Assembly (NCBI GenBank): GCA_023228425.1 | Contig: JALOBE010000006.1 | Coordinates: forward strand, 16,974 to 80,973 | Length of the DNA: 64,000 bases | Direction of reading: 5' to 3' | Origin: Syntrophales bacterium | GTDB lineage: Bacteria > Desulfobacterota > Syntrophia > Syntrophales > UBA2210 | Shown here: positions 10,333 through 19,312 of the stretch, in pieces | How the letters are laid out: each line of letters starts with the position of its first letter | Position numbering within the stretch: position 1 is the stretch's first letter | Position numbers and translations under genes: made by a program | The notes under the pieces: generated by a model | What the model was told of the DNA's origin: nothing | Databases searched by the model: none | What the model saw: only the letters and a program-made list of their open reading frames with translations

Positions 10333-11340
10333 TCACTGCACCTTCGCCATGTAGTCTGTCAGGTCGATCATGCGACAGCTGTAGCCCCATTCGTTGTCAT
10401 ACCAGCCGCAGACTTTCACCAGAGTACCCTCCACGATGTAGGTGAGGGCGGCATCGTAAATACAGGAATGGGGATCCTTGACGAAGTCTCTCGATACGAG
10501 CGGTTCATCGGAGTACCGGAGGACACCCTTCATGGGGCCCTCGGCGGCCTTTTTGAACGCCCTGTTGACAGAGTCGATATCGGCGGCCCTTTCAAGATCA
10601 ACCACCAGATCGACCATGGAAACCGTCGGCGTGGGTATTCGCATGGCAAAGCCGTTCATTTTCCCGATGAGGCCGGGGATAACCTTGCCGATAGCCTTGG
10701 CCGCACCGGTCGTAGTGGGTATCATGGACAGAGCCGCCGCCCTGGCCCGCCGCAGATCACTGTGAGGGAAGTCCAGGATTCTCTGGTCGTTCGTGTAGGC
10801 GTGAATGGTTGTCATCAGGCCTGATTTGACACCGAAGGTGTCATCGAGAACTTTTGCCAGAGGGGCGATGCAGTTCGTGGTGCAGGATGCGTTGGAGACA
10901 ATGGTGTGGCGGTCCGGGTCGTAGCTGTCTTCGTTGACACCCATGACAATGGTCACGTCTTCGTTGGTTGCCGGCGCGGAAATAAGAACCTTTTTCGCTC
11001 CGGCTTCGATATGGACAGCCGCCTTGGTGCCGTCGGTGAAGAATCCCGTCGATTCGATGACCAGGTCAACGCCCAGTTCTTTCCAGGGAATCCTGGCGGG
11101 ATCACGCTCCGAAAAAAACTTGTATTCCTTTCCGTCTACCATGATTGCACCTTCCCGGGCCGTCACCTCGGCGGGATACACTCCGTAATTGGAATCATAT
11201 TTGAAAAGGTGGGCCAGGGTTTTTGCGTCCGCCAAGTCGTTGAAGGCAACGATGTCCACATCCGGAAGCTTCTTTTCAAGAGCCGCCCGGAACACCAGCC
11301 TCCCGATTCTGCCAAATCCATTTACTCCGACCTTGATCAT
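10333..11340 (-). CDS. gap: glyceraldehyde-3-phosphate dehydrogenase
   Basis: It starts '[14 protein letters not shown]' and has the active site 'SNASCTTNC'. The start at 11340 is preferred over the longer track ORF starting at 11397. Confidence 0.95.
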   Translation of the reverse strand: MIKVGVNGFGRIGRLVFRAALEKKLPDVDIVAFNDLADAKTLAHLFKYDSNYGVYPAEVTAREGAIMVDGKEYKFFSERDPARIPWKELGVDLVIESTGFFTDGTKAAVHIEAGAKKVLISAPATNEDVTIVMGVNEDSYDPDRHTIVSNASCTTNCIAPLAKVLDDTFGVKSGLMTTIHAYTNDQRILDFPHSDLRRARAAALSMIPTTTGAAKAIGKVIPGLIGKMNGFAMRIPTPTVSMVDLVVDLERAADIDSVNRAFKKAAEGPMKGVLRYSDEPLVSRDFVKDPHSCIYDAALTYIVEGTLVKVCGWYDNEWGYSCRMIDLTDYMAKVQ

Positions 11341-11359
11341 GACTCCTCTCCTTGGCACG

Positions 11360-12757
11360 TTAGAGGTGAAGCGCCGCCGGCGCCTGAATGGGAACATCGA
11401 TGGTCTCTATCAGTTCTTCCACCGAGGCCCTGGTGCCCGAGATCGCGAGCTTGTCGAAGAGAAGGCTGAAGCGATCCTCCAGTTCCGATCCTATGGCTTC
11501 AAGTATGGACGCGTCGAGGTGCCACAGTTCCTTCTTGAAGGGGCCGAAGCCTTTCTTGCGTGTTTTGTAAATGAATTGCTCCTCCGTGTCCTGTTCCTTC
11601 TTCTCGTTGCGCAACTCTGTATTTATGTAATCATACACACTCTTTTTGAGGGCACCGGGAAAGTTGTCGCTGTCGTATATGATGTTCTGAAATCCCGTGG
11701 CAAGATGGATTTCGGCGGTTCCCGTCCGGGGGAAATGGTCAAAGGCGTCTTCGGGAAGAGTGGAGGCGCCGTGCTGGACAGCACCGGCAAGGCCGTACCG
11801 GGTGCGGGCGATTTCCGAAATACTCCGGAGAGTGTCGAAATCGATCTTTACCGAAGCGATAGAGCCGTCGGGGAGGGGAACGCCTCCGTGGGTGGTACCC
11901 GTCTGAATACTTATTTTGCTGATCCCCTTCATCACCCCCGCGTGCTCGTCTTCAAGGGCCTCGTTGTATCCTTCCATAAACGCGATGAATTCTTCAACGG
12001 TGGTATTCTTGCTTCCCACTTCTCCGATCTCGCCTCCCACGGATATTGTAATGCCGGCCGGCTCAATGCTTCTGATCAGTTTCGTCAGGTCCGCCGTGAT
12101 ACGGTAATTGTCTTCCTGTTGTTCTCCGAGAGTCGGTCTGGAAAGATCAACCAGGGTGGACGCGTCGATGTCGATATTGTAAAAGCCTCCCTCCACGGCT
12201 TCAATAATCAGGTCCTCGACGGCGCCTGTTTCGGCTGAAGGATCGGCGGCGTATTTCTTTGCGTTCATCTGGAAATGGTCCCCCTGCAAGAAAAGGGCCC
12301 CCCGATATCCCGTTTTTATGGCCGCGGCAGTGACGGCGGTCGTGTATTCAGCGGGCCTCTGACTTGTGTAGCCGATTTCAGAGCGGGCGATTTCAAAAAT
12401 GAAGGCCCCGGCGTCGATGGCCATGGCTGATCGCAGGACCGCCCGGGCGCTGTGGTAGGTGATCCCTCTGAGATTGATGGCCGGGACAGTGAAGTCGGAA
12501 ATCGTTCCCCTTCCCATGGCGTCATAGAGGGATTGAATGGACGACGGGAGAATGTCGAGGGAGGCACCGGCCCTCCGTATGATCCAGGCGGCTGCTTCCC
12601 GGACGTCTTCCCGGGGACTGAAAACGGCCGTGTAGATGAGATCGTCCACCAGATCTTTTCTCAGGCGTTGTTCATCGAGAACATCCACCCGGTCCGGTTC
12701 AAGGCGGAGTATCCCCTCGGTGATCTTTTTCAAATCATCAATAGTGGAAACTATCAT
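11360..12757 (-). CDS. fba: class II fructose-bisphosphate aldolase family protein (long form)
   Basis: 465 aa. It has 'LFLQGDHFQ', 'IQTGTTHGG' and '[10 protein letters not shown]', which are class II aldolase metal/phosphate-site patterns. AAGGAGG lies before the ATG. Confidence 0.8.
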   Translation of the reverse strand: MIVSTIDDLKKITEGILRLEPDRVDVLDEQRLRKDLVDDLIYTAVFSPREDVREAAAWIIRRAGASLDILPSSIQSLYDAMGRGTISDFTVPAINLRGITYHSARAVLRSAMAIDAGAFIFEIARSEIGYTSQRPAEYTTAVTAAAIKTGYRGALFLQGDHFQMNAKKYAADPSAETGAVEDLIIEAVEGGFYNIDIDASTLVDLSRPTLGEQQEDNYRITADLTKLIRSIEPAGITISVGGEIGEVGSKNTTVEEFIAFMEGYNEALEDEHAGVMKGISKISIQTGTTHGGVPLPDGSIASVKIDFDTLRSISEIARTRYGLAGAVQHGASTLPEDAFDHFPRTGTAEIHLATGFQNIIYDSDNFPGALKKSVYDYINTELRNEKKEQDTEEQFIYKTRKKGFGPFKKELWHLDASILEAIGSELEDRFSLLFDKLAISGTRASVEELIETIDVPIQAPAALHL

Positions 12758-12770
12758 GGTCGCCTCCTTT

Positions 12771-13721
12771 TTATTCCTGTTGAGCAGCCAGATACTCCCG
12801 GGCCTTTTCTACCTCAAAGGCACTCCCGATATAGATAGGGTCTCTCTGGTCAAGGCTCTCGGCAGCAATGTCGAGAATAGAGCGGATTCCGTCAGTCGCC
12901 TGTCCTCCTGCCTGTTCAATGAGGAATGCCATGGGCTGAAGCTCGAAGACAAGCCGGAGTTTCCCCCGGGGAGATGTCTTCAGCGCCGGGTAGGTAAATA
13001 TTCCCCCCCGCTTGATCATGATCTGGTTGATGTCCGGAACGAACCCTCCGCTGTATCGAAGCTTGTATCCCTCGTCGTCCAGATAGCTTATGTAGCGGGC
13101 GTGAGGCTCCGTCCAGTCCCGTTTCAGTCCGCCAAGGCTGTAAATGGATCCCCGTTGCTCCAAGGCTATGTTTTCTTCCGACAGGACATATTCTCCCTCG
13201 CGGTTCAGGACAAATTCATGGGTGCCCTTCCCGGCGGAATACACCATGGTGATCAAGGGCCCGTAGGTGATGTACAGGGCCGCCACCATAGTCTTTCTTC
13301 CCTGGGATGGAACGGGTTGATTGTGTATGCCGATGATGGTGCCGATGGCAAGATTGGTGTCCACAAGGGACGAGCCGTCGAGAGGGTCCGCCGTTATGTA
13401 GTATTTTTCGTCACCCTTGCCTATCGTGACGATTTGGTCGAGTTCTTCTGAGGCGTATTCTCTGACGAATCCGGAATATTCCAGTTGGTTCCTGAGGATT
13501 TTGTCGCTGCTCCTGTCCAGGGCAAGCTGCTCCTCATCATAGATGTTCTTGACTCCCGCGAGTTTGCGGTTCGATTCGTGGATCTTGGCTGAAATGTATT
13601 TTCCTGTCACGGCGATCTGCCAGATAAGCCGTCGCAAATCAAGTTCAATTCCGTCCTTCCACATATGACGTCGCAGATCGACAAAATACTTGGTTGCATC
13701 GGAGATATTTTCAGTCGCCAT
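12771..13721 (-). CDS. fbp: class 1 fructose-1,6-bisphosphatase
   Basis: 316 aa. It has 'ADPLDGSS', 'LRYSGGFVPD' and 'GGIFTYP'. Confidence 0.9.
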   Translation of the reverse strand: MATENISDATKYFVDLRRHMWKDGIELDLRRLIWQIAVTGKYISAKIHESNRKLAGVKNIYDEEQLALDRSSDKILRNQLEYSGFVREYASEELDQIVTIGKGDEKYYITADPLDGSSLVDTNLAIGTIIGIHNQPVPSQGRKTMVAALYITYGPLITMVYSAGKGTHEFVLNREGEYVLSEENIALEQRGSIYSLGGLKRDWTEPHARYISYLDDEGYKLRYSGGFVPDINQIMIKRGGIFTYPALKTSPRGKLRLVFELQPMAFLIEQAGGQATDGIRSILDIAAESLDQRDPIYIGSAFEVEKAREYLAAQQE

Positions 13722-13849
13722 GGCCCGTGACTCTCCTTTCTTTCCGGGCTTATCCGGCCCGCTGATCCTCGATTCCGGGATAGAAAAACTCTACAGGAAC
13801 GATCTGGGACTGTCAAGGACGTACCGCCACCCCTCCTCTGCCAGAGATG

Positions 13850-13897
13850 TTGACAGTCATTATCGATCATGGTATCGTAATACATAAATTGATCGAT
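13850..13897 (+). promoter_or_regulatory. candidate sigma70 promoter with an overlapping 8-bp inverted repeat, upstream of vapB
   Basis: TTGACA (13850-13855), a 17-nt spacer, then TATCGT (13873-13878). The inverted repeat is ATCGATCA (13862-13869) and TGATCGAT (13890-13897). Confidence 0.4.
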
Positions 13898-13903
13898 GGA
13901 GAT

Positions 13904-14116
13904 ATGGCCATGCACTTAGTAACGGTTTCACCCAAATATCAAATCGTCATACCAAAACCAATTAGAGAGGCATTAAATCTTCGACCGGGTCAAAAAATGC
14001 AGGTCATTGGATATGCAGGGCGTGTTGAACTCATACCGGAACTTGACATTAAAGAACTTCGAGGATTCCTCAAAGGTATCAATACGGAATTTAATCGAGA
14101 GGAAGACAGGGTATGA
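13904..14116 (+). CDS. vapB: AbrB/SpoVT-fold antitoxin (VapB-like)
   Basis: It reads 'HLVTVSPKYQIVIPKPIREALNLRPGQKMQV', a swapped-hairpin AbrB-type motif. It is about 70 aa and its stop overlaps the downstream PIN gene start by 4 nt (ATGA). The local sequence is AT-rich. Confidence 0.75.
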   Translation: MAMHLVTVSPKYQIVIPKPIREALNLRPGQKMQVIGYAGRVELIPELDIKELRGFLKGINTEFNREEDRV

Positions 14117-14520
14117 ACATCATAGATTCTTCCGCCTGGCTTGCATACTTCGCTGATGAACCCAATGCCGGACATTTCCTTGCCCCGTTAACTGATACTG
14201 CTTCACTTGTTGTTCCATCGATTACGATTTATGAGGTATTCAATGTAATTCTCCGGGAATCCAACGAAAATAATGCACTGAAGGCTGTCATGGCCATGCA
14301 AAAGGGTACTGTCGTTGATTTGACTGCATCATTGGCAATGGCAGCATCAAAACTGAGTATAGAATATAACCTTCCCATGGCAGATAGTATAATTCTCGCA
14401 ACTGCCCAAGAATTCAATGCTGTTATCTGGACTCAGGATTTAGATTTTAAAAATATAAGTAATGTAAAGTTCTTCTCCAAAAAAACAGGGAGGGCCGACA
14501 AGAAAAACTCCCTCCCTTGA
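14113..14520 (+). CDS. vapC: PIN-domain toxin (VapC-like ribonuclease)
   Basis: 135 aa. The N-terminus is 'IIDSSAWLAYF' (first acidic residue). Later 'ADSIILATA' and 'IWTQDLDF' fit the PIN acidic quartet. It is translationally coupled to vapB. Confidence 0.8.
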   Translation: MNIIDSSAWLAYFADEPNAGHFLAPLTDTASLVVPSITIYEVFNVILRESNENNALKAVMAMQKGTVVDLTASLAMAASKLSIEYNLPMADSIILATAQEFNAVIWTQDLDFKNISNVKFFSKKTGRADKKNSLP

Positions 14521-14554
14521 GTCATGTCTTATCTGCCTGAAATTTCCTGAAAAG

Positions 14555-14665
14555 GAATGGCTCTGTTTGCGTACGGCCAATGTTGTCGAACGGGTCAACA
14601 AAGAGTGTAAACGACGGACCAAACCGATGGAGATCCCGGCAGGAGAGCGTTCCTGCCATCATTGA
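14555..14665 (+). pseudogene. C-terminal fragment of an IS256/mutator-family transposase
   Basis: The translation 'EWLCLRTANVVERVNKECKRRTKPMEIPAGERSCHH*' matches the conserved 'TTN-x-(I/V)E-x-N-x-x-x-(K/R)RRTK' region of IS256-type transposases (recalled from memory). There is no start codon and no upstream catalytic part. Confidence 0.5.
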
Positions 14666-14806
14666 AAAAACCGGCAGAAAAAAATTTCACACAAAATAGT
14701 TGACAGTACCAAATTTTCTGACCCGGTGGTGTGAACATCTCCGGGGTGAGTCGAGCCGGGACAGTCAACCGGTACCTGCTCGAACCCACCTATCCCACAA
14801 TCACAG

Positions 14807-14858
14807 GGGGGCTGTGACGGGAACCATTCCCCGTCACAGCCCCTTTGCGTTGTTGTTT
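14807..14858 (+). terminator. strong stem-loop between the vapBC islet and the convergent acyl-CoA dehydrogenase gene
   Basis: A perfect 15-bp stem GGGGCTGTGACGGGG (14807-14821) pairs with CCCCGTCACAGCCCC (14829-14843) around a 7-nt loop. On the + strand it is followed by TTTGCGTTGTTGTTT. There is no U-tract on the - strand. Confidence 0.5.
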
Positions 14859-14888
14859 ACTGTGCTATCCCTGCACCACGTTGTGTCC

Positions 14889-16712
14889 CTACACAATGAA
14901 GGCCTCTTCCGGGATGCGCATGGCGCTGGTTTCGTCCTGCCTGATGGTTTCGCATCTGGCCGGAACAAGGGCGGTCCGGCGGTTGACAAAGAATCGGGCC
15001 GATTCGATCTTGCCCGTGTAGAAGTTCCTGTCCCTGTCGCCGGCGGCGGTTTCCAGTGCCGCCATGGCCACGACGGCCATCTTGAGGTGCAGCGCGCCTG
15101 TGATGACGTCGCTGAGGCAATGCATGTAATCATAGGCACCAAGGAGGGGGACGAAGGGGTTGGTTTTTAACATTCCGCTGTACTCCATGGCGTTGGTGAC
15201 ACAGGCGTTGAGGGCCGTTTCAACGATGGTCGCCTCGGCGCCGAGGCCTTCTACGGCCTTCGCTTCGGCAATGTAGCCCTGGAGAAAGCCCAGCAGGTTC
15301 ATGAACACCATGCCCTTTTTCATGGGCAGCTTGCGTCCCAGGAGGTCCAGGGCCTGGATTCCGTTGGTACCCTCATAGATGGTGTTTATTTTCTGGTCCC
15401 GCATCATCTGCTCCACGGGATACTCGCGGCAGTAGCCGTACCCGCCGAAGGTCTGTACGGCCAGGTCATTGACCACCATGCCCAGGTCGGTACAGTAGGC
15501 CTTGACCAAGGGGATAAGGATGTCACCCATATCGGCCCATTTGGTTTTTTCTTCTTCCGTCTCGGCTACCATCTTCTTGTCCATGGTGTAGTAACAGAGC
15601 ATGGCCAGGGCCCGTATGCCTTCCACGATGGATTTCTGCTTGAGGAGCATTCTCCGAACGTCCGGATGCCGTATGATCGGCACCTGGGGCGCGTCGGGAT
15701 CCTTGCCGGCCATGATGTCCGTTCCCTGGAACCTCTCCCGGGCATATTCAACGGCATGACGGTAGGCCGCCGTCGCCATGGCGACGCCCATCATACCCAC
15801 GCCCTGGCGCTCTTCATTCATCATGTGGAACATGATTCTCATGCCCTGGCGTTCTTCACCCATGAGGTATCCCACACACGTACCGTTGTCACCGAAGTTC
15901 AGGGTGCAGGTGGGGTTGCCGTGAATTCCCATCTTGCTTTCGATGTTGCCGCAGGTGACGTCGTTGGGTGCTCCCAGCGAACCGTCATCGTTGATGCGAA
16001 TCTTCGGGACCACAAAAATTGAAATGCCGCGTGTTCCGCCCGGGTCGCCCTCGATCCGCGCCAGGACGGGATGGATGATATTTTCGGTCAGGTTATGATC
16101 GCCCGCTGAAATGAACGACTTGCTGCCGATAATGGAAAAGGTTCCGTCGGGATTGCGCTTGGCAACCGTCGTGAGGGCGCCCACATCGGAACCGGCGCCC
16201 GGCTCGGTCAGACACATCGTCCCGGCCCATTGTCCGGTGAACATTTTCTCGATGATGATTTTTTTGAGAGGGTGTTCGAAGAAATCGATCAGTAATCTGG
16301 CCGCTCCGTGAGTCAGGCCCGGAAACATGACGAAGGCCTGGTTGCAGGACAGGAACATGTGCGCGGCGGCGGCACTCACCACGGCGGGCAGCTGCTGGCC
16401 GCCGTATTCGTACTCGTCGGAGGTACACATCCATCCGCCCTCTGAATAGAGCTGCCAGAGCCTGTGGTAGGCCTCGGGAACAAACACTGTACCGTCCCTG
16501 AACTCTGCCTCGACGGTTTTTTTGTGGACTTCGTCCGGATAGGTGGGGGCTATCTCGTTTTCTGCCAGTTTGGCAGCTTCGTTGAGAACCATATTGACCA
16601 TGTCGACGTCATGGTCACTGAAGGGTCCCCTGCCGAGGAGCTCAGTTCCGATCTGGAAGACCTCGTGCAACAGAAAAGCAAAGTCTCGTTCGTCAATCCA
16701 TTTGCTCGCCAT
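14889..16712 (-). CDS. acyl-CoA dehydrogenase, long form with an extra C-terminal domain
   Basis: 607 aa. It has 'CLTEPGAGSD', 'IYEGTNGIQALDL' and 'FGGYGY', which are typical ACAD motifs. About 150 aa extend beyond the canonical fold. Confidence 0.85.
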   Translation of the reverse strand: MASKWIDERDFAFLLHEVFQIGTELLGRGPFSDHDVDMVNMVLNEAAKLAENEIAPTYPDEVHKKTVEAEFRDGTVFVPEAYHRLWQLYSEGGWMCTSDEYEYGGQQLPAVVSAAAAHMFLSCNQAFVMFPGLTHGAARLLIDFFEHPLKKIIIEKMFTGQWAGTMCLTEPGAGSDVGALTTVAKRNPDGTFSIIGSKSFISAGDHNLTENIIHPVLARIEGDPGGTRGISIFVVPKIRINDDGSLGAPNDVTCGNIESKMGIHGNPTCTLNFGDNGTCVGYLMGEERQGMRIMFHMMNEERQGVGMMGVAMATAAYRHAVEYARERFQGTDIMAGKDPDAPQVPIIRHPDVRRMLLKQKSIVEGIRALAMLCYYTMDKKMVAETEEEKTKWADMGDILIPLVKAYCTDLGMVVNDLAVQTFGGYGYCREYPVEQMMRDQKINTIYEGTNGIQALDLLGRKLPMKKGMVFMNLLGFLQGYIAEAKAVEGLGAEATIVETALNACVTNAMEYSGMLKTNPFVPLLGAYDYMHCLSDVITGALHLKMAVVAMAALETAAGDRDRNFYTGKIESARFFVNRRTALVPARCETIRQDETSAMRIPEEAFIV

Positions 16713-16969
16713 AGCTATCTCCTTTGCTCATTGCGGGTAGGTTGATCATAGAATCGATGCCCCGAGAAGACACCATCCTCTTTTTTGCTTTCGTGCATCC
16801 GATATCAGCACATTCAGCATCGCCTGTCAACACAGAAAGCAGTCCTTCCATCCTTCAATGGTTTGAAACTTCACTGTTTTTTGGTCATTGACCATCCTTC
16901 CTCCCCTGTGTTAATGAGGAACTGCACGTGAACGTTTCAACGTGAACCGGTCAAAAACAGTTCCGTGAG

Positions 16970-17455
16970 GTGTGGCCTGTGTCCGAAAAAAGATGTCTCA
17001 TTCCGGTCCTGATCCTCGCGGTGGTGCTGTTCGTATTCTCCTGCGCGAGTCTGACGCTGAAACCGCCATCAGTGACGATCGTGGGCATTGACGTGATCGA
17101 GGCGACCCTCTTCGAGCAGCGATTTTCCTTCACACTGCGGGTCCGGAATCCGAACAGCAGGGATATTCCGCTGACGGGCCTGAGTTTCGAGGTGGAGCTG
17201 AACGATCTCCCCTTTGCGCGGGGCGTAAGCGACAGGGCGGTTACGGTGCCGCGTTTCGGTGAAGGAATTCTCACGGTGACGGCCGTAAGCGACCTGGCGG
17301 ACATTTTTCGCCAGATCCGTGAATGGACCCGGAAAGACCAGCCCGGAACTTTCTCCTATCGTATCAAGGGAACACTTTCCACGGGCTTCTTCGGAGCTCT
17401 GACCTTTGACGAGAAGGGCGTGGTTGAACTGCCGCGTCCCCGTCAGGACTCTTGA
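16970..17455 (+). CDS. LEA_2 / WHy (water-stress, NDR1/HIN1-like) domain lipoprotein
   Basis: 161 aa. It has the lipobox 'VFSCAS'. 'FSFTLRVRNPNSRDIPLTGLSFEVELNDLPFARG' fits the LEA14-like beta-sandwich pattern. Confidence 0.6.
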   Translation: MWPVSEKRCLIPVLILAVVLFVFSCASLTLKPPSVTIVGIDVIEATLFEQRFSFTLRVRNPNSRDIPLTGLSFEVELNDLPFARGVSDRAVTVPRFGEGILTVTAVSDLADIFRQIREWTRKDQPGTFSYRIKGTLSTGFFGALTFDEKGVVELPRPRQDS

Positions 17456-17468
17456 GGAGGAGCCCGCA

Positions 17469-18359
17469 TTGCCGCGGCAGCCTCACATCCGAGCGGGCTA
17501 TTTCTTTGCCGTACTGGCGGCCGTTCTCTGGGCCTCCTCGGGAATAGCGTCCAAGTTTCTCTTCAACAACGGCATTACGGCCCATGGGCTTGTCCAGATG
17601 CGCTGCACGCTGGCCTCGTCCTTCCTGTTCTTCTGGCTGTTTACGAGTAATCGCTCGCTGCTGCTGATTGACCGGCGGGACCTTCCCTACTTTATTTCTC
17701 TCGGCCTGGAACTCGGGGCGGTCCAGTACACCTATCTTTTTGCCATCAGCAAGATCAATGTGGCCATGGCGGTTCTCATCCAATACCAGGCCCCTGTTTT
17801 CGTCGTGCTGTACACGATGCTGATTCTGCGGGCACGGCTCCCGGCCGTCGTGTTCATCGCCCTGATGGGTTTGATCCCGGGGTGCTACCTGGTCGTTGGG
17901 GCATACAACCTTGACTTGCTGAACATGAACCGTGCGGGCGTCCTCGCGGCGCTGTGCTCGGCCGTCCTCTTCGCCTGCTACACGGTGCTTTCCGCCCGGG
18001 GCATGCGGCGCTACGATCCCCGGACGGTGGTATTCTTCGGCCTGCTCTTTTCGGCTGTTATCTGGAACATCCTGCATCCGCCCCTGGCGGCCTTTCTGAG
18101 CCTCTCGGGAATCGCGCAATGGGGGTGTGTCCTGTTCGTCGGAATCGTCGGAACGGTCATTGCCTTTACCTGCTACAATCAAGCCATTTTCCGCATCGGA
18201 GCAGTGCGGACCAGTATCACGGCCACCCTGGAACCGATCACGGCGGGTTTCATGGCCTGGATACTCCTGTCGGAAACCATGGAATCACGGCAGATTCTGG
18301 GGGCCCTGCTGGTGATCGCCTCGGTGATAGTGCTGCAGGCGAAGGGGAGCCGGCGGTAG
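17469..18359 (+). CDS. EamA/DMT-family transporter
   Basis: It has about 10 TM segments and duplicated EamA halves ('LWASSGIASK', 'TATLEPITAGFMAWILLSE'). TTG 17469, 8 nt after GAGGAGG, is preferred over track start 17406, which overlaps the previous gene by 50 nt. Confidence 0.75.
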   Translation: MPRQPHIRAGYFFAVLAAVLWASSGIASKFLFNNGITAHGLVQMRCTLASSFLFFWLFTSNRSLLLIDRRDLPYFISLGLELGAVQYTYLFAISKINVAMAVLIQYQAPVFVVLYTMLILRARLPAVVFIALMGLIPGCYLVVGAYNLDLLNMNRAGVLAALCSAVLFACYTVLSARGMRRYDPRTVVFFGLLFSAVIWNILHPPLAAFLSLSGIAQWGCVLFVGIVGTVIAFTCYNQAIFRIGAVRTSITATLEPITAGFMAWILLSETMESRQILGALLVIASVIVLQAKGSRR

Positions 18360-18400
18360 GATGCGGGCTGGGGTGCTTTGTACGAGGCCGTGAGGACTGC

Positions 18401-19093
18401 CTACAGTACAGTCTCCGCGTCGGGTTTCCGCGGAAAAGGGACCGGCCCGGGAGCGTCGGGCCCCGGGTCGGCTTGCGTCCCGTCGTCGGGTTCTTCCAAC
18501 ATTCTGCCCGCCTGGTCCATGACGGCGGGGGCGACATACATGGCCGCCCCTGCCTTGATTGCCAGGGCAATGGAATCGCTGGGACGGGCGTCGATGAGTG
18601 TCTCGGACCCGTCTTCTAGGCCCACCCTGATGAAGGCCTTGAAGGTTCCCTGGTCGAAAGAATCGACGGTTATACTGACAATCTGTCCGCCCAGCCTGCT
18701 TACGGTATCGAGGAGGAGTTCGTGAGTCATGGGCCGCGGAGGTGTCACGGACTGCATGAAACGGGTGATGGCCAGCGCCTCGAACTGGCCGATTGTGATG
18801 GGCAGGCAGCGCTCCCGGTCGTCTGTGACGAGGAACACCACGGCGGCGCCCGACTCGGGAATCATGACCAGGTCACCCACGAAGACGGCGAGGCCCGTTC
18901 CCGTACCCCGCCGGTGTTCGGCGTCGCCACTGATTGCAGACGATGTTCCGACGTTCCCGCCGGAAACCGGAGAGCCGTCGGCCGCGAAGCCGGCACCCCT
19001 GTGGGGCACGACACAATAGAGCAGGGCCGCCGCCATGACGGCCGTGGCGGTGACAAGGACGGTGACGCCGATGCGGCGTTTGACAGGTATCAT
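18401..19093 (-). CDS. bifunctional nuclease (DUF151/BFN) domain protein with an N-terminal membrane anchor
   Basis: 230 aa. 'VFLVTDDRERCLPITIGQFEALAI...RPMTHELLLD...ARPSDSIALAIKAGAAMYV' matches the BFN family pattern. The N-terminus 'IGVTVLVTATAVMAAALLYCVV' is hydrophobic. GAGGAGG lies 7 nt before the ATG. Confidence 0.7.
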   Translation of the reverse strand: MIPVKRRIGVTVLVTATAVMAAALLYCVVPHRGAGFAADGSPVSGGNVGTSSAISGDAEHRRGTGTGLAVFVGDLVMIPESGAAVVFLVTDDRERCLPITIGQFEALAITRFMQSVTPPRPMTHELLLDTVSRLGGQIVSITVDSFDQGTFKAFIRVGLEDGSETLIDARPSDSIALAIKAGAAMYVAPAVMDQAGRMLEEPDDGTQADPGPDAPGPVPFPRKPDAETVL

Positions 19094-19105
19094 GATTGTT
19101 CCTCC

Positions 19106-19312
19106 TCAGTTCCCGCCGCCGGAGCATCGCGGGAGGTCAACGTCCGTAAGGCGCCGTGCTTCATCGACGAGCATGATCGGTATATCATTGCGTATCTCGT
19201 AGAGCAGCATACAGGCATAACAGACAAGTCCATCCCCCTGCTCCGTGAGGACAAGATCGCCTTTGCAGGCCGGGCACGCAAGAATGGAAAGCAGTTCCCT
19301 GTTTATTGCCAT
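19106..19312 (-). CDS. Trm112/YcaR-family (UPF0434) small zinc-ribbon protein
   Basis: 68 aa. It reads 'LLSILACPACKGDL...LVCYACMLLYEIRNDIPIML'. It is linked to LPS genes here, as ycaR is in E. coli. Confidence 0.8.
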   Translation of the reverse strand: MAINRELLSILACPACKGDLVLTEQGDGLVCYACMLLYEIRNDIPIMLVDEARRLTDVDLPRCSGGGN

